DNA from: Gemmatimonadales bacterium
GTDB lineage: Bacteria; Gemmatimonadota; Gemmatimonadetes; Gemmatimonadales; GWC2-71-9
Direction: 5' to 3'
NCBI GenBank assembly: GCA_041615815.1
Contig: JBFJCP010000010.1
Coordinates: 2,856-66,855 of the forward strand
DNA length: 64,000 nt
This document shows positions 18,710 to 26,416 of the stretch, piece after piece (positions within the stretch are counted from its first letter, which is position 1; the number at the start of each line of letters is the position of its first letter). The position numbers and the translations under genes were made by a program. Below the pieces are notes generated by a model. That model searched no databases, was not told where the DNA came from, and saw only the letters and a list, made by a program, of their open reading frames with translations.

Positions 18710-20044
18710 GTGGCCACCTCGCTCGCCTTCCTCGGCGAAGCGCCGGCCTCGACCGATTCTCAGGCGACGTATGTGCCTCATGTCGTTGCCTGGAATCTCA
18801 CGCGACGGTGCAACCTGCAGTGCGCACACTGTTACATCGCTGCGGGACCCAGCGAGGTCGCTGCGGACGAATTGCGGACCGGCGAGTGCCTCCGGATTAC
18901 CGAAGAGATACTCGCCCTCAATCCCTCACCGATGTTCATTCTCTCCGGCGGCGAGCCGCTCCTGCGCGACGATCTCACGACGATTGCCGCGTTTGCTGCA
19001 GACCGTGGCGCCACCGTAGTGGTTGGGACCAACGGCACCCTGCTTACCAACCAGCGGATCGACGCGCTTCGACGAGCGGGTGTCCAAGGGGTTGCGGTGA
19101 GCGTAGAGTCCTTGGATTCCACATACCACGATCGATTCCGGCGCGGGCATGGGTCCCTCGAGGCGACACTCGCCGCCGTCGAGCGGCTGGGACAGTGTCG
19201 GCTCGACTTCGTGGTGCAAACGACCGTGACACGGGGGAACCGAGCTGAGCTGGCCCGGCTCGTCGAGTGGGCAGCCAATGTTGGTGCGGTATCGTTCAAC
19301 GCGTACTTCCTCGTCTCGACGGGGCGCGGAGCACGGATGAGCGATTTGAGCCCCGAGGAATACGAAACCTGTCTCGGCGAGCTGGTGGACTTACACGTGC
19401 GGTTCTTGGGGCAGATGATGGTGCGGGCCAAGTGCGCACCGCATTTCATGCGTCTCGTGCACCAACGAGTGCCGACCTCGCCCATCCTCCACTACGGGAC
19501 CCGCTGCCCCTGCGGTGCGCAGTACTGTCGGGTCACTCCGGACGGCAAGCTCACGGCCTGCCCGTACTTGCCGCTGCCCGTTGGCGATCTGCGGCAATCG
19601 TCGTTCGCCGCCGTTTGGCACCACGCCCCCTTGCTTCAGGCGTTACGATCACAGCCGCCGGGTGGCAAGTGCGGAGCGTGCGAGTACCGGGTGCTGTGTG
19701 GGGGCTGCCGGGCGCGCGCGTTCGCCACCACCGACGACTACCTGGCGGCCGATCCGTCGTGTGCGTACGAACCTTCTGGCGAGATCGCAGTCATCGAGCG
19801 CGCCCAACCCGTGACGTACGGCATGTTGGTGGACCGCGAACTGGTGTGGACCGCCGAGGCGCTCGACCGCATCCGCCGAGTCCCCTCGTTTGTTCGCGGT
19901 GTCGTGACAAAGCGCGTCGAGGACTACGCACGGCGGCGCGGGCTGGAGAAGGTCACCGGCGCGCTGCTCCAGGATGTCCGACGGGAAATGCCCGTAGACT
20001 TTTCGAAGCGCAAACCGTTCTTCCTACAGCGCGATGACGACTGA
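18710..20044 (+). CDS. radical SAM/SPASM enzyme (NirJ/AhbD-like) with C-terminal PCP_red-like domain
   Basis: WNLTRRCNLQCAHCY is the CxxxCxxC radical SAM cluster. LSGGEPLLRDD. SPASM cysteines CPCGAQYCRVTPDGKLTACPY and GKCGACEYRVLCGGCRARA, the latter being the tail motif I associate with tetrapyrrole-modifying NirJ/AhbC/AhbD enzymes. GTG start 2 nt after the upstream stop. Confidence 0.85.
   Translation: MATSLAFLGEAPASTDSQATYVPHVVAWNLTRRCNLQCAHCYIAAGPSEVAADELRTGECLRITEEILALNPSPMFILSGGEPLLRDDLTTIAAFAADRGATVVVGTNGTLLTNQRIDALRRAGVQGVAVSVESLDSTYHDRFRRGHGSLEATLAAVERLGQCRLDFVVQTTVTRGNRAELARLVEWAANVGAVSFNAYFLVSTGRGARMSDLSPEEYETCLGELVDLHVRFLGQMMVRAKCAPHFMRLVHQRVPTSPILHYGTRCPCGAQYCRVTPDGKLTACPYLPLPVGDLRQSSFAAVWHHAPLLQALRSQPPGGKCGACEYRVLCGGCRARAFATTDDYLAADPSCAYEPSGEIAVIERAQPVTYGMLVDRELVWTAEALDRIRRVPSFVRGVVTKRVEDYARRRGLEKVTGALLQDVRREMPVDFSKRKPFFLQRDDD
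19841..19990 (+). other. PCP_red-like motif copy 4
   Basis: LVWTAEALDRIRRVPSFVRGVVTKRVEDYARRRGLEKVTGALLQDVRREM. Confidence 0.65.
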
Positions 20045-21752
20045 ACTCCTAGCACTGCTCCAGGCTGCAGCCGACACGAGCGGGGCGTACGGCGAGTTTC
20101 CACTGATCGGGGCTCGGGCGGCCGTTTGGATCGCCGCTGAGGTGCATCTCATGTTCGCGGCCTTCGTTCTCGGTGTCCCGATGTTCGCCGTGATCACCGA
20201 ACTGATCGGCATCGTGGGCAAGGACCCGAAGTACGACAAGCTCTCGAAGGAATTTACGCGGCTGCTGGTGTTCGCCTACAGTGCGACGGCGTTGTGGGGA
20301 GCGGTCCTGGTGTTCTTTCTCACCACGCTCTACCCGGCGTTCTGGCGGCACATGGCTGAGATCTTTGGCTTGTCGATGTGGATCTACGTGGGACTGTTCT
20401 TCGTCGAGTCGTTCACGCTCTACCTCTACTATTATGGTTGGGACCGTTGGAAGGCGGGCCGGGCGAAGTGGGGACATTGGGGACTCGGTCTCCTCCTCAA
20501 TGTCTGGGGCACCACCGTCATGTTCATCGCGAACGGATGGTTGACCTACATGATGTCTCCACCGGAGGGGGTCACCGTGGCCGGGCTCCCCCCGGAGGTT
20601 TCCCTGTGGAATGCGATCGCCAATGCTACCTGGATGCCGATCAACATTCATCGGCTGATTGCGAACGCCGTCTTCGGGGGCACCATCGTGGCTGCCTACG
20701 CCGGCTATCGGTTCCTCGTGGCGAAGACGGACGAAGAACGTGCGCATTACGATTGGATGGGATACGTCGGCAACTTCATCGCGATCGCGACGTTCATCGT
20801 GCTTCCCTTTGCCGGGTACTGGTTGGGGCGGGAGATCTACGAATACAACCAGCAGATGGGAATCACGATGATGGGCGGCTTCATGAGTTGGCTGTGGATC
20901 GTGCAAGCGGTTCTGATCGGGGTGCTGTTCCTTGCCGCCAACTACTACCTCTGGTTGGGCATGCAACGGATTCCCGGTGCCGAGCGGTTCGTGCCGTACA
21001 CCAAGTGGATGCTGTTGGTTTTGGTTGTGTGTTGGTTGGTGTGGGCCACGCCGCACACCATGATTGCCAACCGCCAGGAACTGGCGGCCATGGGGGGATC
21101 GCATCACCCCTTCCTGAGCGTGCTGGGTGTGATGAGCGCCAAGAACACAGCCGTCAACCTCATGATCCTCACGACGTTCCTCTCGTTCTTGATGTACCGC
21201 CGGGCCAACAAGCTCCCCACCGTGTCGTGGGCGAAGACGGGAACGCTCATCGAGGCGGCCATGTTCGTGCTCGCCGCGGGTGTGGTGATATTCTACGGCA
21301 TCCTCGGATACTTCGTGGAGGCCATCGTGCGGATCGGATTCAGCGTGTACCAGGTGGGGGCCGTGCTCGCCTGCATCATCGGTGTGACGGCCATCGACAT
21401 AGCGCTCCTCCGAAGGGCTGGGTCCCGCGGCGAGATTCGATGGGGGCAGATGCCGGAGCGGGCTCAATACGCATTGTTCACCCTTGCGGTCACTTTTACC
21501 TGGCTCATGGCCCTCATGGGGTTCGCGCGAAGCGGCATTCGGCAGCACTGGCACGTGTGGGAGGTGATGCGAGATACGAGCGCCGCCGCGGCCACACCCG
21601 CGCTCGGGTATGCGGCCAACATGATCAGCGTATGCGTCCTCGTGTTCCTCAGTCTCGTGGCGTTCATCTTCTGGCTCGGTGGCTTGGCGGAACGCGCTAC
21701 CACGCGGACCCCCGAGCCCCAGCCGGTCCTGCGTCCAGCGGGGGCGGAGTGA
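20034..21752 (+). CDS. cytochrome bd subunit I (CydA)-like membrane haem protein, no CydB partner
   Basis: 11-nt overlap with the radical SAM gene. CydA-like landmarks: TM1 His (AAEVHLMFAAF), FFVESFTLYLYYYGWDRW (compare FLESTFVGLFFFGWDR), FIANGWLTYM (compare ANGWMQ), INIHRLIANAVFGG (position of the haem b558 His). Divergent C-terminal half, about 12 TM segments. No cydB-like gene anywhere in the window. Confidence 0.8.
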   Translation: MTTELLALLQAAADTSGAYGEFPLIGARAAVWIAAEVHLMFAAFVLGVPMFAVITELIGIVGKDPKYDKLSKEFTRLLVFAYSATALWGAVLVFFLTTLYPAFWRHMAEIFGLSMWIYVGLFFVESFTLYLYYYGWDRWKAGRAKWGHWGLGLLLNVWGTTVMFIANGWLTYMMSPPEGVTVAGLPPEVSLWNAIANATWMPINIHRLIANAVFGGTIVAAYAGYRFLVAKTDEERAHYDWMGYVGNFIAIATFIVLPFAGYWLGREIYEYNQQMGITMMGGFMSWLWIVQAVLIGVLFLAANYYLWLGMQRIPGAERFVPYTKWMLLVLVVCWLVWATPHTMIANRQELAAMGGSHHPFLSVLGVMSAKNTAVNLMILTTFLSFLMYRRANKLPTVSWAKTGTLIEAAMFVLAAGVVIFYGILGYFVEAIVRIGFSVYQVGAVLACIIGVTAIDIALLRRAGSRGEIRWGQMPERAQYALFTLAVTFTWLMALMGFARSGIRQHWHVWEVMRDTSAAAATPALGYAANMISVCVLVFLSLVAFIFWLGGLAERATTRTPEPQPVLRPAGAE

Positions 21753-21759
21753 GGCGATC

Positions 21760-22551
21760 ATGCTGATGACCAATCTGAAAGTCGTGGTCGTGGCGGTGGC
21801 AGTGATCGGCTTCTACACCATGGTGGCGCATATCATCCCACAGCTCGAGTCCGAGGTCCCCGAACAGTTGGATCTCGGCGCTGATGTGACCACCGAGGAG
21901 CTGGTGGCGGCGGGAGAACGCATCTATAACGGTGCGGGGGGATGCACCGCCTGCCACGGCCTCGGTACCAGAGCGCCCAATCTGCTGACCGATCACGCCG
22001 GTCAAGGCCAAATTGGGGCGCGGTGCGGTGGCCGGGAGTCTGGGAAGGACTGTAAGGCATACTTGCACGAATCGATGGTGGAACCGGGTACCTATGTCGT
22101 CGAAGGGTTCGGCAACATCATGCCGGACATGCGTCGCCAGCTCACCGACGATCAGATCTGGACGGTGGTGGCCTACCTCCAGTCGCTTGGCGGCGAAGTG
22201 ACTGTCACCGGCGCGGATGTCCAGGCAGCATCGAGCGGTAGTGAGGCAGGCGGACCGGCGACGGCGGCTGCGCCACGGTCGACCACGAGCGATCCCCGAC
22301 AGCTGCTCACCGAGCATGCGTGCCTCGGATGTCATGCCATCGACGGTCAGGGCCCACCCATCGGCCCCTCCTTCGATGGTATGGGATCGCGCATCTCGGC
22401 CGACCGGATCCGGCGGGGCATCCTCGATCCAAATGTCGAGGTGGCGGCGGGGTTCGACCAGTTCGCCGGGATGATGCCGGCGACCTTCGGCGATCAGCTA
22501 TCTGCGGGCCAGCTCGAAGCAATCGTCCAATTCCTGGTGGCTCGGAAATGA
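21760..22551 (+). CDS. membrane-anchored dihaem cytochrome c
   Basis: ORF trimmed to ATG 21760 (MLMTNLKVVVVAVAVIGFYTMV is the TM anchor), with GAGG 7 nt upstream. Two CxxCH motifs: CTACH and CLGCH. Confidence 0.85.
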   Translation: MLMTNLKVVVVAVAVIGFYTMVAHIIPQLESEVPEQLDLGADVTTEELVAAGERIYNGAGGCTACHGLGTRAPNLLTDHAGQGQIGARCGGRESGKDCKAYLHESMVEPGTYVVEGFGNIMPDMRRQLTDDQIWTVVAYLQSLGGEVTVTGADVQAASSGSEAGGPATAAAPRSTTSDPRQLLTEHACLGCHAIDGQGPPIGPSFDGMGSRISADRIRRGILDPNVEVAAGFDQFAGMMPATFGDQLSAGQLEAIVQFLVARK

Positions 22552-23363
22552 GTGGGAAGATCGGTACCGTCCTGCGCCACCCGTTTTGGCAGGCCATCCT
22601 GCTGCTGGTTCTGGCATATGTCGTCTTCAAATACGGTATCGCGTATCTACCGCCGTTGTTCGGGATCGCCAGCGCGCCCGTGCCCAACAGTGTGCTCATC
22701 CAATTCATGCTGACGGCGCTCGTCGGGATCCTGATCTACGTCAGTGACAACGATGAGAAGTGGCGGAAGTTCAAGGAGCCCATCGTCGCGACGATGATCG
22801 ACACCGACAAGCGATGGCTTCGGGGCGGCCTATTGGTTCTGATCCCCGTCCTCGTGGGCTTCGTGACGTACGATCAGGCGCGGCCCAAGGTGTCGGCACC
22901 GGTCCAACTCCGTTCCATCCACCCGGCGCCGCCAAGCCAGATCACCTTCCGCGGTCAGCCGATGCAGCTCGCGGGATTGGAAAACCCGCTGCGCCGTTCG
23001 GGCCCGCTGGAGGAACACGCCCTCGAGGGACGGCGGGTCTACTATCAGAACTGTCTCGCGTGCCACGGCGATCTCCTGGATGGGGAGGGACACTACGCGC
23101 ATGGATTCAACCCCTTGCCGCTGGCGTTCGACGATCCCGGAACCATCGCGCAGCTCACCGAGAGCTTTGTGTTCTGGCGCATCGCCAAAGGCGGTCCCGG
23201 GCTCCCCCGCGAGGGAACCCCGTGGAATTCAGCCATGCCGGCCTGGGAGGACTTTCTGACAGAAGAGGAGATCTGGGCCGTCATCATCTTCCTGTACGAG
23301 CAGTCCGGATGGGAGCCCCGTACGTGGGAGGAAGCTGGGGAGGAAGGAGGCGCCCATGACTAG
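22548..23363 (+). CDS. polytopic membrane monohaem cytochrome c
   Basis: ATGA overlap with the upstream gene (MSGKIGTVLRHPFW...). Three TM segments precede a periplasmic domain with CLACH. Confidence 0.8.
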   Translation: MSGKIGTVLRHPFWQAILLLVLAYVVFKYGIAYLPPLFGIASAPVPNSVLIQFMLTALVGILIYVSDNDEKWRKFKEPIVATMIDTDKRWLRGGLLVLIPVLVGFVTYDQARPKVSAPVQLRSIHPAPPSQITFRGQPMQLAGLENPLRRSGPLEEHALEGRRVYYQNCLACHGDLLDGEGHYAHGFNPLPLAFDDPGTIAQLTESFVFWRIAKGGPGLPREGTPWNSAMPAWEDFLTEEEIWAVIIFLYEQSGWEPRTWEEAGEEGGAHD

Positions 23364-24936
23364 GGGGAATGGGAACGGCGGACGGTTGGAAGGGCTCCTG
23401 CTCGTCGTCGCTTTCTCCGGCTCATGGCTCTTTTATCCGGGCCCCCTGGTGGCTCAGGACCTGGAGCGCGGCAAAGTCGTGTACGACAAGTGGTGTGCGG
23501 GTTGCCATGGGGACGACGGCGCCGGACTGGGCGAGGCCGCGGCCTTCATGCTTCCCCGGCCGCGGGATTTCACTCGGGGTGACTACCAGATTCGCACGAC
23601 GGCCAGCGGGGAGCTTCCCACCGATGCCGACATCCGCCGAATGGTGGACGAAGGGATGCCCGGCAGCGCGATGCCGGGTTGGGAGCGGCGCTTGAGTGAG
23701 CAGGATCGCAACAACGTGGTGGCCTATATCAAGTCGTTTTCACGGTTCTTCGACGGAGCCGCACCGGAACCGGTCGATTTCGGGCGGGCGCCCCGGAGGA
23801 CGGATGAAGGGCTGGCAGAGGGCGAGCAAGTCTTCCGGGAGCTGGAGTGTTTCAAATGTCATGGAGATGCGGGACGTGGCGATGGACAATCTGCGCCTAC
23901 CCTCACCGATGACTGGGACTTCCCCATTCGCGCTGCGGACCTCACCAAGCCCTGGAACTTCAACGGTGGTGGCACGGCCGAACAGATCTTCCGCCGCTTC
24001 CGTACGGGGTTGAATGGGACCCCGATGCCGTCCTACAACGATGTTTTGGATGCCGGCATCGTGACCGAGGAGCAGTTGTGGCACCTCGCCCAATACGTTC
24101 GTTCGTTGGGGCCGGACGAGCCGACCCCGCGGATTCGGGACGTCGTGCGGGCGCAGCTGGCGGATGGAGCGCTCCCGTCGGGACCGGGAGACACGGCCTG
24201 GGCCGGTGTGGAGCAGTTTTACATTCCGCTCGTTGGGCAGATCATTGTGAAGCCGCGCTGGTTTGCACCCACGGTGGACGGACTCTGGGTGCAAGCCCTG
24301 CACGACGGCGATCAGCTAGCCATTCGCCTCACGTGGAGTGACCCGTCGGAGAGCCCCGACCCCGCGTGGCAAGAGTGGCTGGGGCGAGTCACGAGCACGA
24401 TGTCCGATGGGGACGGTGTGATGGCCGCCGAGCAGGGTGCCGATCGCGTGGTCGTGCAATTCCCGACCCGCCTGTCGGACGGGATGGAGCGGCCCTATTT
24501 TCTTGGGGGCTCGAACCGCAGCCCGGTCTACGTATGGCGCTGGACCAGCGATCCGGACCGGCTGGAGGAAGGTACGACCACCGGGCTTGGTGCCTTCGCG
24601 CCGCTGGCCGGCGGGACCGTTACCCATGCCGCGCGGCACGGTCAGGGGCAGTGGCAGATCCAACTGACGCGATCGCTCGTTCCGGCAGACTCGACGGTCC
24701 TGCGGTTCGACCGGGGCCAGCCCATCCCCGTGGCCTTCTTTGCCGCGGATGGCTCGAACGGGGAAGATTGGGTGCGTGGCTCCGTGAGTGCCTGGTATCA
24801 GATCTATCTCGATGTTCCCACCCCGGTTGCAGCGTATGTGGCGCCGATTGTGGCGATGCTCCTGACGGCTGCCTTGGGGATGGTCGTGATTGCGCGAGCT
24901 CAACAGCGCGGCCGACAGGCCGCCCAATCATCGTAG
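23356..24936 (+). CDS. dihaem cytochrome c fused to EB_dh (ethylbenzene-dehydrogenase gamma-like haem b) domain, C-terminal TM anchor
   Basis: 8-nt overlap with the upstream gene. CAGCH and CFKCH motifs. EB_dh-like region: LWVQALHDGDQLAIRLTWSD...VVVQFPTRLSDGMERPYFLGG...VYVWRW...PVAFFAADGSNGEDWVRGSVSAWYQIYL. C-terminal TM VAPIVAMLLTAALGMVVIA. Confidence 0.8.
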   Translation: MTRGNGNGGRLEGLLLVVAFSGSWLFYPGPLVAQDLERGKVVYDKWCAGCHGDDGAGLGEAAAFMLPRPRDFTRGDYQIRTTASGELPTDADIRRMVDEGMPGSAMPGWERRLSEQDRNNVVAYIKSFSRFFDGAAPEPVDFGRAPRRTDEGLAEGEQVFRELECFKCHGDAGRGDGQSAPTLTDDWDFPIRAADLTKPWNFNGGGTAEQIFRRFRTGLNGTPMPSYNDVLDAGIVTEEQLWHLAQYVRSLGPDEPTPRIRDVVRAQLADGALPSGPGDTAWAGVEQFYIPLVGQIIVKPRWFAPTVDGLWVQALHDGDQLAIRLTWSDPSESPDPAWQEWLGRVTSTMSDGDGVMAAEQGADRVVVQFPTRLSDGMERPYFLGGSNRSPVYVWRWTSDPDRLEEGTTTGLGAFAPLAGGTVTHAARHGQGQWQIQLTRSLVPADSTVLRFDRGQPIPVAFFAADGSNGEDWVRGSVSAWYQIYLDVPTPVAAYVAPIVAMLLTAALGMVVIARAQQRGRQAAQSS

Positions 24937-24945
24937 GGAGGAAGA

Positions 24946-25707
24946 ATGCGACGAGTACTCTTGTCGACGGTTTGTGTCCTGGTTGCGTGTGGTGGCGGTG
25001 AGCAGGCCGCCGATGGCGGTGGAGACGCGGCGGCGACTGCCATGGCCAGCGGACCGCGTGGTGATGGGGCCATTGCGGGGATGGTCATGTTCACTGGGAC
25101 GCCACCGGCGAACCCGACCATTGATATGTCCGAGGAGCCCGAGTGCGTGGCCAAGTACACTGGTTCACCAACCGATCCACGCGTGGTGGTCAGTAACGGC
25201 CATCTTGGCGGCGTGTTCGTCTATGTGAAGAGCGGGCTTCCGGCGGGAGCGAATTATACAGCGCCATCCTCACCGGTGATGCTGGATCAGGACGGCTGTC
25301 TGTACCACCCCCGTGTCTTTGGCGTCATGGCTGGCCAGCCCATCGAAATCAGCAACAGCGATCCCATGCTTCACAACATCAAGGCAGTCCCGGAGCAGAA
25401 CCGGGGGTTCAACATCAGCCAGCCTCGCGAGGGCATGACGACCACGCGGACGTTCAACACGCCCGAGGTCATGGTACCGTTTGAATGCAACGTTCACGGG
25501 TGGATGAACGCTTATGCGGGCGTCATGAGTCACCCCTTTTACGCAACGTCTGCGGAGAACGGATCCTTTTCGATTCAGGGGTTGCCTGCGGGGACCTACG
25601 AGCTCGAAGCGTGGCACGAGACGCTCGGGACCCAGACGCAGTCGGTCACGGTGCCCGAGACGGGGACCGTGAACGTCGAGTTCTCGTTCAGCGCATCGAC
25701 CTCGTAA
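24946..25707 (+). CDS. cupredoxin-like lipoprotein (putative type-1 Cu site) with carboxypeptidase-regulatory-like beta-sandwich
   Basis: Lipobox VLVACGG and RBS GGGAGGAAG. Candidate Cu ligands His143 (MLHNIK) plus C181-x2-H184-x2-M187 (FECNVHGWMNAY). C-terminal GSFSIQGLPAGTYELEAWHETLG. Confidence 0.65.
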   Translation: MRRVLLSTVCVLVACGGGEQAADGGGDAAATAMASGPRGDGAIAGMVMFTGTPPANPTIDMSEEPECVAKYTGSPTDPRVVVSNGHLGGVFVYVKSGLPAGANYTAPSSPVMLDQDGCLYHPRVFGVMAGQPIEISNSDPMLHNIKAVPEQNRGFNISQPREGMTTTRTFNTPEVMVPFECNVHGWMNAYAGVMSHPFYATSAENGSFSIQGLPAGTYELEAWHETLGTQTQSVTVPETGTVNVEFSFSASTS

Positions 25708-25722
25708 GGAGGCAAGGCCGTC

Positions 25723-26409
25723 ATGCCATATGACTGGGGACTCCCCATCGCGGCGTCGACCTTCGCGGCGGACATCGACCGACTCTACTACATGATCTTG
25801 GTGATTACGGGCATCGCCTTCGTCATCGTGGAGGTGGCGATCGTCTGGTTTCTCATCAAGTACCGAGCACGCCCTGGTCGCAAGGCCTATTATACCCACG
25901 GTAGCGCCAAGGCAGAGGTCATTTGGACGGCCGTGCCCGCGGTAGTCGTCGTCGGATTGGGTATTCTCAGCGCGTCCGTATGGAGTCACATTCGTGGGCG
26001 GGACAGCGTTCCCCCCAATGCGTTGCCGATTGCGCTCGAGGCCAAGCAATTCGAGTGGAACGCGACGTATCCTGGTGCCGACGGGGAGCTAGGCACCGGC
26101 GACGATTTCACGATGCGGAATCTGCTGCAGATTCCGGTCAATCAGCCCGTCGTGGTTCACCTCACCTCGGAGGACGTGATTCATTCCTTCTTCGTACCCG
26201 AGTTCCGTGTCAAGCACGATGCGGTGCCGGGTATGGAGGCCCGAGTGTGGTTCGAGGCCACGATGACCGGGGAGTTTTCCATCGCTTGCGCCGAACTGTG
26301 CGGCTTGGGGCACTACCGGATGGCTGCTCGGGTCGTGGTACAAGACCAGGCCGAGTACGATCAATGGTTGGCCGAACAGGCCGCGAACCAAACCGTAGCT
26401 TCGCGTTAG
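25723..26409 (+). CDS. coxB: cytochrome c oxidase subunit II (no fused cytochrome c domain)
   Basis: RBS AAGGAGG. Two N-terminal TM segments. CuA site HSFFVPEF...CAELCGLGHYRM. Confidence 0.9.
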   Translation: MPYDWGLPIAASTFAADIDRLYYMILVITGIAFVIVEVAIVWFLIKYRARPGRKAYYTHGSAKAEVIWTAVPAVVVVGLGILSASVWSHIRGRDSVPPNALPIALEAKQFEWNATYPGADGELGTGDDFTMRNLLQIPVNQPVVVHLTSEDVIHSFFVPEFRVKHDAVPGMEARVWFEATMTGEFSIACAELCGLGHYRMAARVVVQDQAEYDQWLAEQAANQTVASR

Positions 26410-26416
26410 AGGACTC

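Noticed and set aside
20049-21773. 574-aa minus-strand ORF spanning the whole CydA-like gene
   Set aside because: It is the antisense shadow of a gene with clear CydA motifs. Its translation is Arg/His/Pro/Gly-rich with no TM or domain pattern, as is typical for high-GC antisense frames.
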